From assembly GCA_977016875.1 (NCBI GenBank), contig CDRNST010000097.1, positions 1,116,001-1,180,000 on the forward strand: a DNA stretch of 64,000 nucleotides, written 5' to 3'. The notes below the pieces were generated by a model, which ran no database searches, was not told where the DNA came from, and saw only the letters and a program-made list of their open reading frames with translations. A program made the position numbers and the translations under genes. This document shows positions 63,542 to 64,000 of this stretch, one piece after another. Every line of letters starts with the position of its first letter. Within the stretch, counting starts at the first letter, position 1. The DNA is from Pavona decussata. Lineage: Eukaryota.

Positions 63542-63874
63542 TTATAACATAAGATACCAAAAGCTACTAATTGCAGGGGTCAGTAATTCTTGTATAAACC
63601 CACTGCCCTCTTGCACAAGGATGTGTTTCTTTGTCTTGTAAGGAACATTTCGCTGAGCAAGATTTAGAAGAGCATCCTTATGCGAACGCAATATGGCCCT
63701 AACTTCTTCAGACACTGGTATGTTTTCTGTAAGTACGTTATAAATAACTTGCAATAACGCATGCAACTGTTGTGGACTAGCTGTTCTCAAGAGAAACTGA
63801 CGCTGCTTGGAAGGGCAATCAGAAAGGAGCTGAAGGAAACCTCGGTTGTTCTTTACAACGCGAGACATGATCAT
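63542..63874 (-). CDS. Small conserved Polinton/adintovirus-type protein
   Basis: LQLL..C..KQRQFLL..A...Q..AL.....N.L..NIP....K..L.QEGSGFI..LL.P pattern recalled from Polinton small ORFs. Confidence 0.55.
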   Translation of the reverse strand: MIMSRVVKNNRGFLQLLSDCPSKQRQFLLRTASPQQLHALLQVIYNVLTENIPVSEEVRAILRSHKDALLNLAQRNVPYKTKKHILVQEGSGFIQELLTPAISSFWYLML

Positions 63875-64000
63875 GGAATGAGTTTAAGAAAGTAAGTTCC
63901 CCCTTTTATTGTGTAGGGTGTGGGAGAAGCAATAGACTTGAGGAGAAGGAAAACACTAGAAATAAGGAGGAGGAAAAACAATAGAAGGAGGAAGGAAGAG

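Larger units (their letters stand above)
61478..64000 (-). mobile_element. Terminal part of a Polinton/Maverick-like element, continuing beyond the window
   Basis: AGTAG-type terminus, subterminal short-repeat array and intronless closely packed ORFs resembling conserved Polinton accessory proteins. PolB, integrase and capsid genes are not in the window. Confidence 0.62.

Overview
Eukaryotic genomic DNA, AT-rich, intron-containing and dense in transposons. The repeat families and gene content suggest an anthozoan cnidarian such as a stony coral (inference). The backbone is a tandem array of secreted CTHRC1-like genes on the + strand, each with three coding exons: signal peptide; about 29 Gly-X-Y triplets plus the start of the globular domain; C-terminal CTHRC1 domain. 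Five copies are seen: A (exons 2-3 in window), B (complete), C (orphan exon 3 only), D (complete) and E (exon 1 only in window). Copies D and E each sit head-to-head with a single-exon class A GPCR on the - strand (one intact, one pseudogene), so a GPCR+CTHRC1 cassette was duplicated as a unit. The paralogs show short variable patches in a nearly invariant scaffold and mosaic (conversion-like) relationships, consistent with a diversifying family of secreted recognition proteins. Large insertions are a full-length split-direct-repeat tyrosine-recombinase retrotransposon (21884-27319), a Sola3-type DNA transposon with about 720-bp TIRs (46675-54286) and the end of a Polinton/Maverick-like element (from about 61478). 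There are also many MITEs, SINE/LINE fragments and a 260-N assembly gap. All alignments were done by eye.
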